DNA of 62,256 bases, from contig DAOUEN010000118.1 of assembly GCA_034430415.1 (NCBI GenBank), positions 1-62,256 of the forward strand. The letters are read 5' to 3'. Positions within the stretch are counted from its first letter, which is position 1; the number at the start of each line of letters is the position of its first letter. The notes under the pieces are model-generated. The model searched no databases, was not told where the DNA came from, and saw only the letters and a program-made list of their open reading frames with translations. Source of the DNA: Dehalococcoidia bacterium. Its GTDB lineage: Bacteria; Chloroflexota; Dehalococcoidia; GIF9; AB-539-J10. Made by a program: the position numbers and the translations under genes. Of the stretch, positions 9,354 to 18,011 are shown one piece after another.

Positions 9354-10694
9354 ATGAGGTATGTTCCGAATACAGAAAAACAGAAGAAGGATATGCTAAG
9401 CGAGATCGGGGTTTCTTCGCTTGAGGATCTGCTTAAGTGTATTCCACAGGAAGTCCGCCTTGGGAGACTACTAGACATACCAGCAGCAATTTCGGAGGCC
9501 GAACTGGAGGAGAAATTGTGCGTGATCGCAAGGGCAAACCGGGATTTCTCCTCGATGAAGCCTCTTATCGGAGCGGGGGCCTATAGGCACCATGTTCCGG
9601 CGGCGGTGAGGTTCCTGTTGCAGAGAGAGGAGTTCTGGACCAGCTACACTCCGTATCAACCTGAGTTCAGCCAAGGCACCCTGCAATCGATGTTTGAGTT
9701 TCAGACATACCTTGCCAGGTTGACTGGAACAGAGGTAGTAATACCTTCTATGTATGATGGTGCGTCGGCCACCGCAGAGGCCATATTGATGTCCCTGAGG
9801 TTGACGCACAAGAAGAGGGTTGTTGTCTCAGCCTTGCTTCACCCCCATTACAGAGAGACTGCTGAAACGTACTTGGCGCCGCACGACGTGGAGGTCGTTG
9901 TATTGCCTTACAAGGAGGGTCTTGTTGACGTTGATGAGTTGAGGGAGGCGATTGACGAGAATGTTGTCTGCGTTGTTATCCAGAGCCCCAATTTCTTTGG
10001 CGGCATAGAGAACGTGGGTGAAGTGTCCGAAGTCGCTCATTCTGCAGGTGCTCTGCTAGTAGACGTGGTGGCTGAGAGCATGTCGCTTGGTGTCTTGAAA
10101 GCGCCTGGAGAAACGGGATCTGACATCGTGGCTGGCGAGGCTCAATCGTTTGGCATGGACCTGAATTTCGGCGGTCCCTACAACGGCTATCTGGCAACCA
10201 GACGGCAATTCGTCAGGCAGCTTCCGGGAAGAATCGTGGGGGAAACCACGGATATAGATGGCAAGCGTGTTTTCGTGATGACGATGCGTGCCAGGGAGCA
10301 AGACATAAGGAGAGGGAAAGCCACCTCCAACATTTGTAGTAACCACGGTTTGAATGTCACCGCATCCAACATCTATCTCTCCCTCATGGGGACTGAGGGG
10401 CTTAATGGGGTTTCCCTCCTCAATACGAGAGCCGCTCACTACCTGGAAGGAATGCTGGTGAAATCGGGGAGATTCGAGAGGGTCTTCAACTACCCCTTCT
10501 ACAACGAGTTTCTGTTGAAGAGCAAAGATGGGGCATCTGCCGTAAGTGCGAGACTACTGGCGAACGGCTTCCTACCTCCTCTTGAGATAGCCAAGTTCTA
10601 TAGAGAGGGGCACTTGAAGGACGTTCTGCTTTTCGCCGTAACAGAGGTACTGAGCAGGGGAGACCTGGACAGGGTGGTTGAGCTTCTTTCGTAG
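9354..10694 (+). CDS. gcvPA: glycine dehydrogenase (aminomethyl-transferring) subunit 1
   Basis: Begins MRYVPNTEKQKKDML and contains YTPYQPEFSQGTLQ. ATG 9354 is preceded by GAGGTG. The longer ORF from 9198 runs into the terminator and is unlikely to be real. Confidence 0.9.
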   Translation: MRYVPNTEKQKKDMLSEIGVSSLEDLLKCIPQEVRLGRLLDIPAAISEAELEEKLCVIARANRDFSSMKPLIGAGAYRHHVPAAVRFLLQREEFWTSYTPYQPEFSQGTLQSMFEFQTYLARLTGTEVVIPSMYDGASATAEAILMSLRLTHKKRVVVSALLHPHYRETAETYLAPHDVEVVVLPYKEGLVDVDELREAIDENVVCVVIQSPNFFGGIENVGEVSEVAHSAGALLVDVVAESMSLGVLKAPGETGSDIVAGEAQSFGMDLNFGGPYNGYLATRRQFVRQLPGRIVGETTDIDGKRVFVMTMRAREQDIRRGKATSNICSNHGLNVTASNIYLSLMGTEGLNGVSLLNTRAAHYLEGMLVKSGRFERVFNYPFYNEFLLKSKDGASAVSARLLANGFLPPLEIAKFYREGHLKDVLLFAVTEVLSRGDLDRVVELLS

Positions 10695-10710
10695 TAGGGG
10701 GTGAACTGAG

Positions 10711-12210
10711 ATGAGACTGATCTTTGAGAAAGGCGTACAGGGCAGGGACGGATATTCGCTGCCCAGGGATGTATTTGCTGAAATTGAGACAAAGGAATGT
10801 GTACCTGACTACGCTGCCGTCGGAAAGAAGAAAACCCTGAGTGAAGTCTCAGAAATCGATGTTGTTCGTCACTTCACCAAGCTTTCCAAATTCAACTATG
10901 GTGTTGATGACGGCCTGTATCCACTGGGGTCATGCACGATGAAGTACAACCCGAAGATCGGCGAGAAACTGGCCTCGCTCGACAACTTCGCCTATGCACA
11001 TCCGCTGGCTCCTGAAGAGACCGTTCAGGGTTGTCTGAAGATCATGTATGACTTGAATGAGTTGCTATGTGAGATAACGGGCGTGGACCGGTATACCATG
11101 GCTCCTGCCGCCGGGGCACACGGCGAACTGACGGGCAACCTCATCATGAGAGCGTACTTTGTGGATCGTGGTGAACAGCGACCCAAGATGCTGGTGCCCG
11201 ATTCTGCTCATGGCACGAATCCAGCTTCTGCGGCGATGAGCGGGTTCAACGTGGTGGAAGTAAAATCGAACCAGAATGGAACAGTCGACGTTGAGCAGCT
11301 CAATGAGTTGATGGACGAACAGACTGCAGGGTTGATGCTGACAAATCCCAATACCGTGGGCCTGTATGACGATGAAATACAGAAGATCGAGAGAATCGTA
11401 CATAACGGAGGCGGGTTGCTGTACTATGATGGCGCGAACCTCAATGCCTCACTCGGTATCATCAGACCCGGAGACGCCGGTTTCGACGTAGTCCATCTCA
11501 ACCTCCACAAGACCTTCTCGACGCCGCATGGTGGTGGGGGGCCCGGCGCGGGGGTCATAGGGGTGAAGAATCCGCTGATTCAATATCTCCCTGGGCCTAT
11601 TGTTACTTTCGATGGTGCGCAGTATCACCTATCGGAGGTCGGCCATAAGAGCATTGGCAGGGTGAGAGCATTCTGGGCCAATTTCTCCGTACTCGTCAAG
11701 GCTTATGCTTGGATTCTGTCCATGGGCCCTGATGGGCTGCGTAACGCTTCTGAAACCAGCATCATCAATGCGAACTATGTGCTGGCCAAGTTGAAGGATT
11801 ACTACAGACCAGCCTACGACCGCTGCTGTGGACACGAGTGCGTGATTACGGGAAGGGACTACAAGGACTACGGAGTGAAAACCCTGGATATCGCCAGAAG
11901 GCTGATGGATTACGGTATGCACCCACCAACCATCTATTTCCCTCACTTTGAGCCCTATGCTGAGGAGACGATGATGATAGAACCACCCGAATCTGAGAGC
12001 AAAGAGGAGCTTGATGAGTTCATTGATGTCATGATCACGATTTCCACAGAGGCGAAGACAGATCCGGAGTTGTTGACCGGCGCACCGCACCGCACTCCCA
12101 TAAGAAGAACTGATGATGTGCTTGCGGCGAGACGGCCGATCCTGACCTATGATGATGAGTTGCGGCTCAAAGGTGAATTGAACTATGAGGAGAGAGACAT
12201 CGACTTCTAG
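10711..12210 (+). CDS. gcvPB: glycine dehydrogenase (aminomethyl-transferring) subunit 2
   Basis: 499 aa with the PLP-lysine motif HLNLHKTFSTPHGGGGPG. Confidence 0.92.
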   Translation: MRLIFEKGVQGRDGYSLPRDVFAEIETKECVPDYAAVGKKKTLSEVSEIDVVRHFTKLSKFNYGVDDGLYPLGSCTMKYNPKIGEKLASLDNFAYAHPLAPEETVQGCLKIMYDLNELLCEITGVDRYTMAPAAGAHGELTGNLIMRAYFVDRGEQRPKMLVPDSAHGTNPASAAMSGFNVVEVKSNQNGTVDVEQLNELMDEQTAGLMLTNPNTVGLYDDEIQKIERIVHNGGGLLYYDGANLNASLGIIRPGDAGFDVVHLNLHKTFSTPHGGGGPGAGVIGVKNPLIQYLPGPIVTFDGAQYHLSEVGHKSIGRVRAFWANFSVLVKAYAWILSMGPDGLRNASETSIINANYVLAKLKDYYRPAYDRCCGHECVITGRDYKDYGVKTLDIARRLMDYGMHPPTIYFPHFEPYAEETMMIEPPESESKEELDEFIDVMITISTEAKTDPELLTGAPHRTPIRRTDDVLAARRPILTYDDELRLKGELNYEERDIDF

Positions 12211-12223
12211 CTAGGAGGCAAAT

Positions 12224-13339
12224 GTGGAAGAGCTATTGCTGACTCCTCTCCATGAGGAGCACTTAAAGCTAAAGGCAAGGATGATACCGTTCGACGGTTT
12301 TGACATGCCGGTGCAGTACACCAGCATTATCGAAGAGCATTCTGCAGTGAGAGAGCAGGTTGGAATCTTCGATGTCTCCCACATTGGGGAGATTGAAATA
12401 CGTGGCAGAGATGCGCTTCGCTTCACGGACTACTTGATTACAAACTCAGTTATGGAGATGGGAACTGGGGAGATCAAGTACTCACCCCTCTGCTATCCCA
12501 GCGGTGGGCAGGTGGATGACATCTTTGTCTACAGGATGGCGGATGATTTCGTATTGCTTGTTGTCAATGCTTCTCCAGACTATTCTGCAAAGGATTTTGA
12601 GTGGATTTCGCAGAACAAGGGAGATTTCGATGTGGAGGTTTCAAATAGGAGTCCTGACTATGGAGAGGCGGCAGTGCAGGGACCCTGCTCGGAGGCGCTG
12701 ATGGAACCTCTGCTCAAAGGAGATATGCCTCTGAGGGATCTGAAGCGCTTCAAGTTCATGCATGGGGATATGTTCGGCAAGGGGGTTCTCGTCTCACGGA
12801 CAGGCTACACGGGGGAAGATGGCTTCGAGGTCTTCTGCAAGGCAAATGACATTGTAGATATCTGGAGCGGCATCCTTGAAAGAGGAGAGAGCTTTAGCGT
12901 GAAACCGTGCGGATTGGGGGCAAGAGATACCACAAGATTTGAGGTCTGCTACTGGCTCTATGGCAACGACATCGATGAGACGATAAGTCCGCTTGAAACG
13001 GGCCAGGGCTGGACAGTGAAGTTCGACAAGGGCAAGTTCATTGGGAGGGAAGCGCTTGTCCAAATGAGAGATGAAGGAATCAAGAGAAAACTCACCGGAC
13101 TCCATGTTCCCACGGGAGGTATTCCGCGGAACAAGATGGAGGTGTTGAAGAATGGGAAAAGTATTGGCTATATCACATCGGGGAACTATTGTCCCTCGTT
13201 AAAGAAGGTGTACGCCATGGCAATGCTTGACTTGCCATTTGTGGAGAAGGGGAGGGGAGTAAGCGTCCTAATCAGAAACAGGGAGGTGGAAGCGCAGGTC
13301 GTTGATATGCCTTTCGTGAAGCCGATCAACAAGAGGTAG
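12224..13339 (+). CDS. gcvT: glycine cleavage system aminomethyltransferase T
   Basis: 371 aa with the FDVSHIGEIEIRG motif. TAGGAGG lies 5 nt before the GTG start. Confidence 0.9.
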   Translation: MEELLLTPLHEEHLKLKARMIPFDGFDMPVQYTSIIEEHSAVREQVGIFDVSHIGEIEIRGRDALRFTDYLITNSVMEMGTGEIKYSPLCYPSGGQVDDIFVYRMADDFVLLVVNASPDYSAKDFEWISQNKGDFDVEVSNRSPDYGEAAVQGPCSEALMEPLLKGDMPLRDLKRFKFMHGDMFGKGVLVSRTGYTGEDGFEVFCKANDIVDIWSGILERGESFSVKPCGLGARDTTRFEVCYWLYGNDIDETISPLETGQGWTVKFDKGKFIGREALVQMRDEGIKRKLTGLHVPTGGIPRNKMEVLKNGKSIGYITSGNYCPSLKKVYAMAMLDLPFVEKGRGVSVLIRNREVEAQVVDMPFVKPINKR

Positions 13340-13460
13340 TACGGGCCCCACGACAGGCGCCGGTGTAGGCCGGCCTGGGCTCTGTGGCCTGAGATTTCGG
13401 GGCTTCCCTTTGCAGATGTAGCAAGCATGAGAAGTATAAAGAACACACGAGGAGGAAGAC

Positions 13461-13850
13461 ATGTATCCAACGGAACTGAAGTACACCAAGACTCATGAAT
13501 GGGCAAGTACGGGCGAAGACCTCGTCAGTGTTGGCATTACGTCGTTTGCTTCCGATGAGCTCTCAGATATAGTCTATGTGGAACTGCCTTCTGAAGTAGC
13601 GAAGGTGGCTAAAGGCTCGTCCTTTGCGGTTCTGGAATCGGTCAAGGCGGTGTCCGAAGTCTATTCACCGGTTTTCGGGGAGATATGTGAAGTCAACCAC
13701 AGGCTTCAAGATGAACCTGAACTGCTGAACAACGACCCGTATGGAGAAGGTTGGATAGTCAGAATTCACCCGGTGGAGGAGACAGCACTGGATGACCTTA
13801 TGGATGCGGATGGGTACGCCAAGTTCGTAGAGGAAGAGAAGGGTGCATGA
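13461..13850 (+). CDS. gcvH: glycine cleavage system H protein (lipoyl carrier)
   Basis: 129 aa with the lipoyl-lysine motif LESVKAVSEVYSPV. GAGGAGG lies upstream. Confidence 0.92.
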   Translation: MYPTELKYTKTHEWASTGEDLVSVGITSFASDELSDIVYVELPSEVAKVAKGSSFAVLESVKAVSEVYSPVFGEICEVNHRLQDEPELLNNDPYGEGWIVRIHPVEETALDDLMDADGYAKFVEEEKGA

Positions 13851-13958
13851 GTCCTAACATCCAGGCACAGCGCAATGACAGGGTGATGCCAGGAAGGCTA
13901 GCTGTTATTGGCACTTGGAACAATTGCCTGGATCGGTGATCGGAGAGTTGTGAGTGAA

Positions 13959-14684
13959 ATGGCCGGAGAATGGAGATTGGTTCTCTCCGGGCCTTGCCCT
14001 CCCCCTCTAAACATGGCGATAGACGAAGCGATACTTAAACTCGTGTGCCGAGGCAGGTGGTCGCCAACCCTGAGGCTATACACCTGGAACCCGCCGGCTC
14101 TTTCAATAGGCTATTTCCAGGATTCAGCGTCTCCTGCAATAGCGGAGTGGCTGGCCAGGGGGTATCCTTTGGTAAGGCGGCCTACTGGAGGGCTAGCAGT
14201 ACTACACGAAGATGAGATGAGCTACTCCATTGCGGGTTTCTTCAATAGAGATGGCTTTGCCGCAAACAGGCAGGAGGCATACAGGAAAGCGCATGAGAGC
14301 ATAGCTACGGCTCTGGTCGAACTGGGCTTCGACGTGGATGTGCTCTGGAATGGCAAACCCGCTTGGAAGGACGGGTTGTGCTCTTCGAGCTGGTTCCCCT
14401 ACGACATAGTTCTTGGCGGGAAGCGCAAGATAGGGGGAAGCGCTCAGCGAAGAAGCGGGAAAGCTCTGCTGCAGCACGGGAGCCTTTCTTTGCCTGAGGC
14501 GGTGGATCGAGGCCGCTTAGGTGAAAAAGTGGTTAAGGGCTTTGAAGAAGTCTTTGGAGTGAAGTTGTGGGAGCAGCAACTGACCGATGAGGAACTCTCC
14601 CTCGCGGAGAAACTCGTCAGGGAGAAATATGGCACAAGGGATTGGAACTACAAGGGGCGATTTCTCTCCCTCAGGAGGAACTAG
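13959..14684 (+). CDS. lipoate-protein ligase / octanoyltransferase family protein (BPL/LPL catalytic domain, LipM/LplA-like)
   Basis: Contains NMAIDEAIL, LRLYTWNPPALSIGYFQ and the conserved lysine in GGKRKIGGSAQRR. The start is uncertain (TTG 13908, GTG 13950 or ATG 13959). Confidence 0.75.
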   Translation: MAGEWRLVLSGPCPPPLNMAIDEAILKLVCRGRWSPTLRLYTWNPPALSIGYFQDSASPAIAEWLARGYPLVRRPTGGLAVLHEDEMSYSIAGFFNRDGFAANRQEAYRKAHESIATALVELGFDVDVLWNGKPAWKDGLCSSSWFPYDIVLGGKRKIGGSAQRRSGKALLQHGSLSLPEAVDRGRLGEKVVKGFEEVFGVKLWEQQLTDEELSLAEKLVREKYGTRDWNYKGRFLSLRRN

Positions 14685-14798
14685 AAGCTTGTCCTTATTT
14701 CCACTGACAGCGTGCGGTCTTCTCAGGATAGGTGAGGTGTCGTGGCGCCTCATCGCTACGGTTCTTCTGCCCCTTGGTGTCAAGGAGGTTTTGGTAGT

Positions 14799-16181
14799 AT
14801 GAGGTTGCTTATTGTAGGGAGCGGTGCCGCAGGCCTGACGGCAGCCCAATTCGCCCGGAAGACGAATAGGCAGGCGGAGATCACTGTACTTGGGAACGAG
14901 GGCTACGGCGAGTACTCCAAATGTGGATTGCCCTATGTGATTGGCGGCGTTATCCCCAGCCTTGACGACTTGATAGAGTTCTCAGTGGCGTGGTTTCAGC
15001 GCTTCAAGATCGACCTGAGGCCAGAAAGCGAAGCCTCTGATGTTGATCCCAAAGCGAAAGTGGTGAAAGCTGTCTCGCTGCGAGATAGGAGCGAAGAGGA
15101 ATACCGATACGACATTCTGTTGATCGCTACTGGCGCCTACTCTTGGATTCCCGATGTCAAGGGAACCTTTGCCGGTGGAGGTGAGCTACTGGAAGGGATA
15201 TTTGCTCTTCGGACGATGGAAGACGCCAGACGAATTATGGAGCAGGTGCAGAAGGGCAAGAGAGCGATGATCGTTGGCAGCGGTCTGATTGGGATGGAAA
15301 TGGCGGAAGCCCTCTCCATGAGAGAAATGAGGACGCAGGTTAGGCTGAGAACCCATATGCTGGCAGGTATGATAGACGAGGACATGGCTGCCATTGTACA
15401 GAAGAGCGCAGAGCGACGTGGCATTCATTTTATCCCCAGGAGCACCGTCTCCGAGATCGGTGGCGTGGGGCGAGTGGAATTTGTGGTGCTAAGGAATCTG
15501 GATACTGGAGAGGAGTCAGAGTACCCTGTTGACCTCGCGATCATATCTGCGGGTAGCAGACCGCGTGTTGAACTGGCGGAGAAGGCAGGATGCCGCACTG
15601 GCGCGACTGGCGCAATTGCAGTTGATGAGAGATGTATGACATCTGTCGAGGGCATTTTCGCTGCTGGGGATTGCACAGAGTATCCAGACTTCGTTACGGG
15701 AAGACCGGGAGCAATAGGCCTGGGGAGTATCGGAGTCAGGCAGGGCAGAGTTGCGGGAGTGAGTGCCGTCGGAGGGAAGGAAAAACTGCCGCGAGGTGTA
15801 CTGAATAACAGGACAACGGAGCTCTTCGGCCTGGAGATATCCGCCGTGGGCCCCACTATGAAGGAACTGAAGGGTGCCGGAATCGAAGTTGTGGTGGGGA
15901 AATGCAATGGCTCGACGTTACCCAACTACTTCCCTGGGAAGAAACCCATTACAGTGAAAGTTATGGCTGACCCCCAGAAAGGAAGAATCGTTGCGGCACA
16001 GATTGTTGGAGAAGAGGACGTGCACCAGCGTATCAATGTCTTTGCGGTAGGCATTCTCAATGGGATGACCCTTGAGGATTTCGTAGGGCTGGAAACATGT
16101 TATGCGCCGCCGGCGGCTCCTACATTGGATCCCATGACCCTGGCGGCAGATGCAGCCTTGGCGAAATGGAAGAGGAGATAA
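14799..16181 (+). CDS. FAD-dependent pyridine nucleotide-disulfide oxidoreductase, single-Cys NADH oxidase / CoA-disulfide reductase family
   Basis: LIVGSGAAGLTAA (FAD GxGxxG); YSKCGLPY single redox Cys, as in Nox/Npx/CoADR; MIVGSGLIGMEMAE (NAD(P) site); FAAGDC. AAGGAGG lies 10 nt before ATG 14799. Confidence 0.8.
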   Translation: MRLLIVGSGAAGLTAAQFARKTNRQAEITVLGNEGYGEYSKCGLPYVIGGVIPSLDDLIEFSVAWFQRFKIDLRPESEASDVDPKAKVVKAVSLRDRSEEEYRYDILLIATGAYSWIPDVKGTFAGGGELLEGIFALRTMEDARRIMEQVQKGKRAMIVGSGLIGMEMAEALSMREMRTQVRLRTHMLAGMIDEDMAAIVQKSAERRGIHFIPRSTVSEIGGVGRVEFVVLRNLDTGEESEYPVDLAIISAGSRPRVELAEKAGCRTGATGAIAVDERCMTSVEGIFAAGDCTEYPDFVTGRPGAIGLGSIGVRQGRVAGVSAVGGKEKLPRGVLNNRTTELFGLEISAVGPTMKELKGAGIEVVVGKCNGSTLPNYFPGKKPITVKVMADPQKGRIVAAQIVGEEDVHQRINVFAVGILNGMTLEDFVGLETCYAPPAAPTLDPMTLAADAALAKWKRR

Positions 16182-17208
16182 GGCGCGCTTCTTACTGCTG
16201 CCTGGTTTGCGGTGTGCAATATGGTGTCAGGATAGCGTAGTGGCTGATCGAGACCCAAAGCAATTGAGAAGTCCAGCATGGGTGAAGAGGCCTCTGCCTC
16301 GCGGAGATATGGTGAGGAGGATCAGGGGTGTCGTTCGTCGGTGGAATCTACATACTGTCTGTGAGAGTGCCAGCTGTCCTAATCGCCAGGATTGCTATTC
16401 ACATGAGAGGCTGACATTCATGATCCTGGGAAACATCTGCACTAGGAGTTGTTCCTTCTGTGGAGTTACAACAGGGAGACCCTTGGCTCCTGACCCTTGC
16501 GAGCCGGAGAGGCTCTGCCAGGCGGTAAGGGAGTTGGGCTTGGAATATGTAGTCATTACTTCTGTTTGTCGCGATGATCTTTCTGACGGCGGTTCAGCGC
16601 AATTTGCTCGGACCATAGAGCTGTTGCATGATTACAACCTGGACATCGGAGTAGAGGTTCTGATTCCAGATTTCCGTGGCTCTATATCGGCGCTGGAGAA
16701 AGTGGTTGCCGCACGACCGGACGTCCTGAACCATAATGTTGAGACAATCCCGAGACTCTATTCAGTGGTACGTCCTCAGGCGAGGTATCTTCGGTCCCTG
16801 GAAGTCCTGAGTAGGGCCAGGTCCTTGGATAGGAGGCTACTTACCAAGTCAGGGCTCATTCTAGGTCTGGGAGAAAGCGAGAACGAGGTGATATCTGTGA
16901 TGAAGGATCTAAGAATGGCCGACTGTGATGCAGTCACTCTAGGTCAATATCTGAGGCCCTCTGTCAGACACCAGCAGGTGGTGAAGTATGTCGCACCTGA
17001 GGAATTTGCTCGGTATGGCCTTACTGCAAGGGAGATGGGGTTCGTGGGAGTAGCATCAGGGCCGCTGGTGCGAAGCTCCTTCAACGCTGCTGACCTGCAC
17101 AGGGAAGTAAGTCTGAATAGAGACAGGGGCTGTCCTGCCCGAGTGCCTGCGGGCCACGATGGACGAGTACAGTTCCTTGACATGACTGGGCCTCAGTCGA
17201 TAGAATAG
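16150..17208 (+). CDS. lipA: lipoyl synthase
   Basis: Contains LHTVCESASCPNRQDC and the radical-SAM CTRSCSFCGV motif. The start is uncertain: ATG 16150 overlaps the upstream gene by 32 nt, and GTG 16240 is also possible. Confidence 0.88.
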   Translation: MQPWRNGRGDKARFLLLPGLRCAIWCQDSVVADRDPKQLRSPAWVKRPLPRGDMVRRIRGVVRRWNLHTVCESASCPNRQDCYSHERLTFMILGNICTRSCSFCGVTTGRPLAPDPCEPERLCQAVRELGLEYVVITSVCRDDLSDGGSAQFARTIELLHDYNLDIGVEVLIPDFRGSISALEKVVAARPDVLNHNVETIPRLYSVVRPQARYLRSLEVLSRARSLDRRLLTKSGLILGLGESENEVISVMKDLRMADCDAVTLGQYLRPSVRHQQVVKYVAPEEFARYGLTAREMGFVGVASGPLVRSSFNAADLHREVSLNRDRGCPARVPAGHDGRVQFLDMTGPQSIE

Positions 17209-17221
17209 CGTGTTTTATTGT

Positions 17222-17398
17222 ATGGCTAATGTGAGGCTTGGCTCGAGCGAAAGTTTTGAGAGCATGCTGCGTAGGTTCACCAAGCAGGTGGAGCAAGATC
17301 GCATTATGGCTGAGGTGCGTCGCCGCAGGTTCTACGAGAAACCAAGCGTGGTGCGGAAGAAGAAGGAAGCTGTAAAGAAACGGAAGACTGCCCGATAG
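17222..17398 (+). CDS. rpsU: 30S ribosomal protein S21
   Basis: MANVRLGSSESFESMLRRFTKQVEQDRIMAEVRRRRFYEKPSVVRKKK matches the S21 pattern. Confidence 0.9.
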   Translation: MANVRLGSSESFESMLRRFTKQVEQDRIMAEVRRRRFYEKPSVVRKKKEAVKKRKTAR

Positions 17399-17404
17399 CT
17401 CTAT

Positions 17405-17854
17405 ATGGCCCTAAGAGACAAGCTAAGGGATGATCTCAAGCAGGCGCTGAGGGCACGCGATAGGATAAGGACCTCGGTGTTGCGCTTGCTCCTCTCGGAA
17501 GTCAAGAACGCGGAAATAGCCCAACGTGAATCCCTTGATGACGGCGCTGTCCTCGGTGTTCTTGGCAGGGAAGTTAGACGTCACCGGGAGAGCATTGAGA
17601 TGTTCAAGAAAGGGAACCGGAGCGATCTTGTGGTTCAGGAAGAAGCAGAACTGAGTATCCTTATGGAGTATCTGCCACAGCAGTTGAGCCGGGAGGAGAT
17701 TATAGCTGCGGCAAGGCAGGCAATCAAGGCCGTCGATGCTGTTCAAGAAAAGGACAAAGGCAGAGTTATGTCTCAACTCATGGCCCAACTCAAGGGCAGA
17801 TCTGACGGCAGATTGGTCAGCGAAGTAGTCTCGGAACTGCTTGCCGGCTCTTGA
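17405..17854 (+). CDS. GatB/YqeY domain-containing protein
   Basis: 149 aa beginning MALRDKLRDDLKQALRARD..LRLLLSEVKNAEI. This is the typical rpsU-yqeY gene pair. Confidence 0.85.
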   Translation: MALRDKLRDDLKQALRARDRIRTSVLRLLLSEVKNAEIAQRESLDDGAVLGVLGREVRRHRESIEMFKKGNRSDLVVQEEAELSILMEYLPQQLSREEIIAAARQAIKAVDAVQEKDKGRVMSQLMAQLKGRSDGRLVSEVVSELLAGS

Positions 17855-17899
17855 CTTTTACGACAGGCAGTGCCCTGTCGGCTGGTAGTGGGGTGCCAC

Positions 17900-17935
17900 A
17901 TGGCGGTAGAATGATGCCGCCATTGTTTGTTTCTC
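17900..17935 (+). terminator. intrinsic terminator after rpsU-yqeY
   Basis: ATGGCGG (17900-17906) pairs with CCGCCAT (17917-17923) and is followed by TGTTTGTTTCTCTTC. Confidence 0.6.
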
Positions 17936-18011
17936 TTCTGGCGAGGGGAAGCTGGACAGGCAGGCAGGTCATCTGAGGGAATCTAGGTGTGCAGCTAAGG
18001 AGGGTGGTTCG

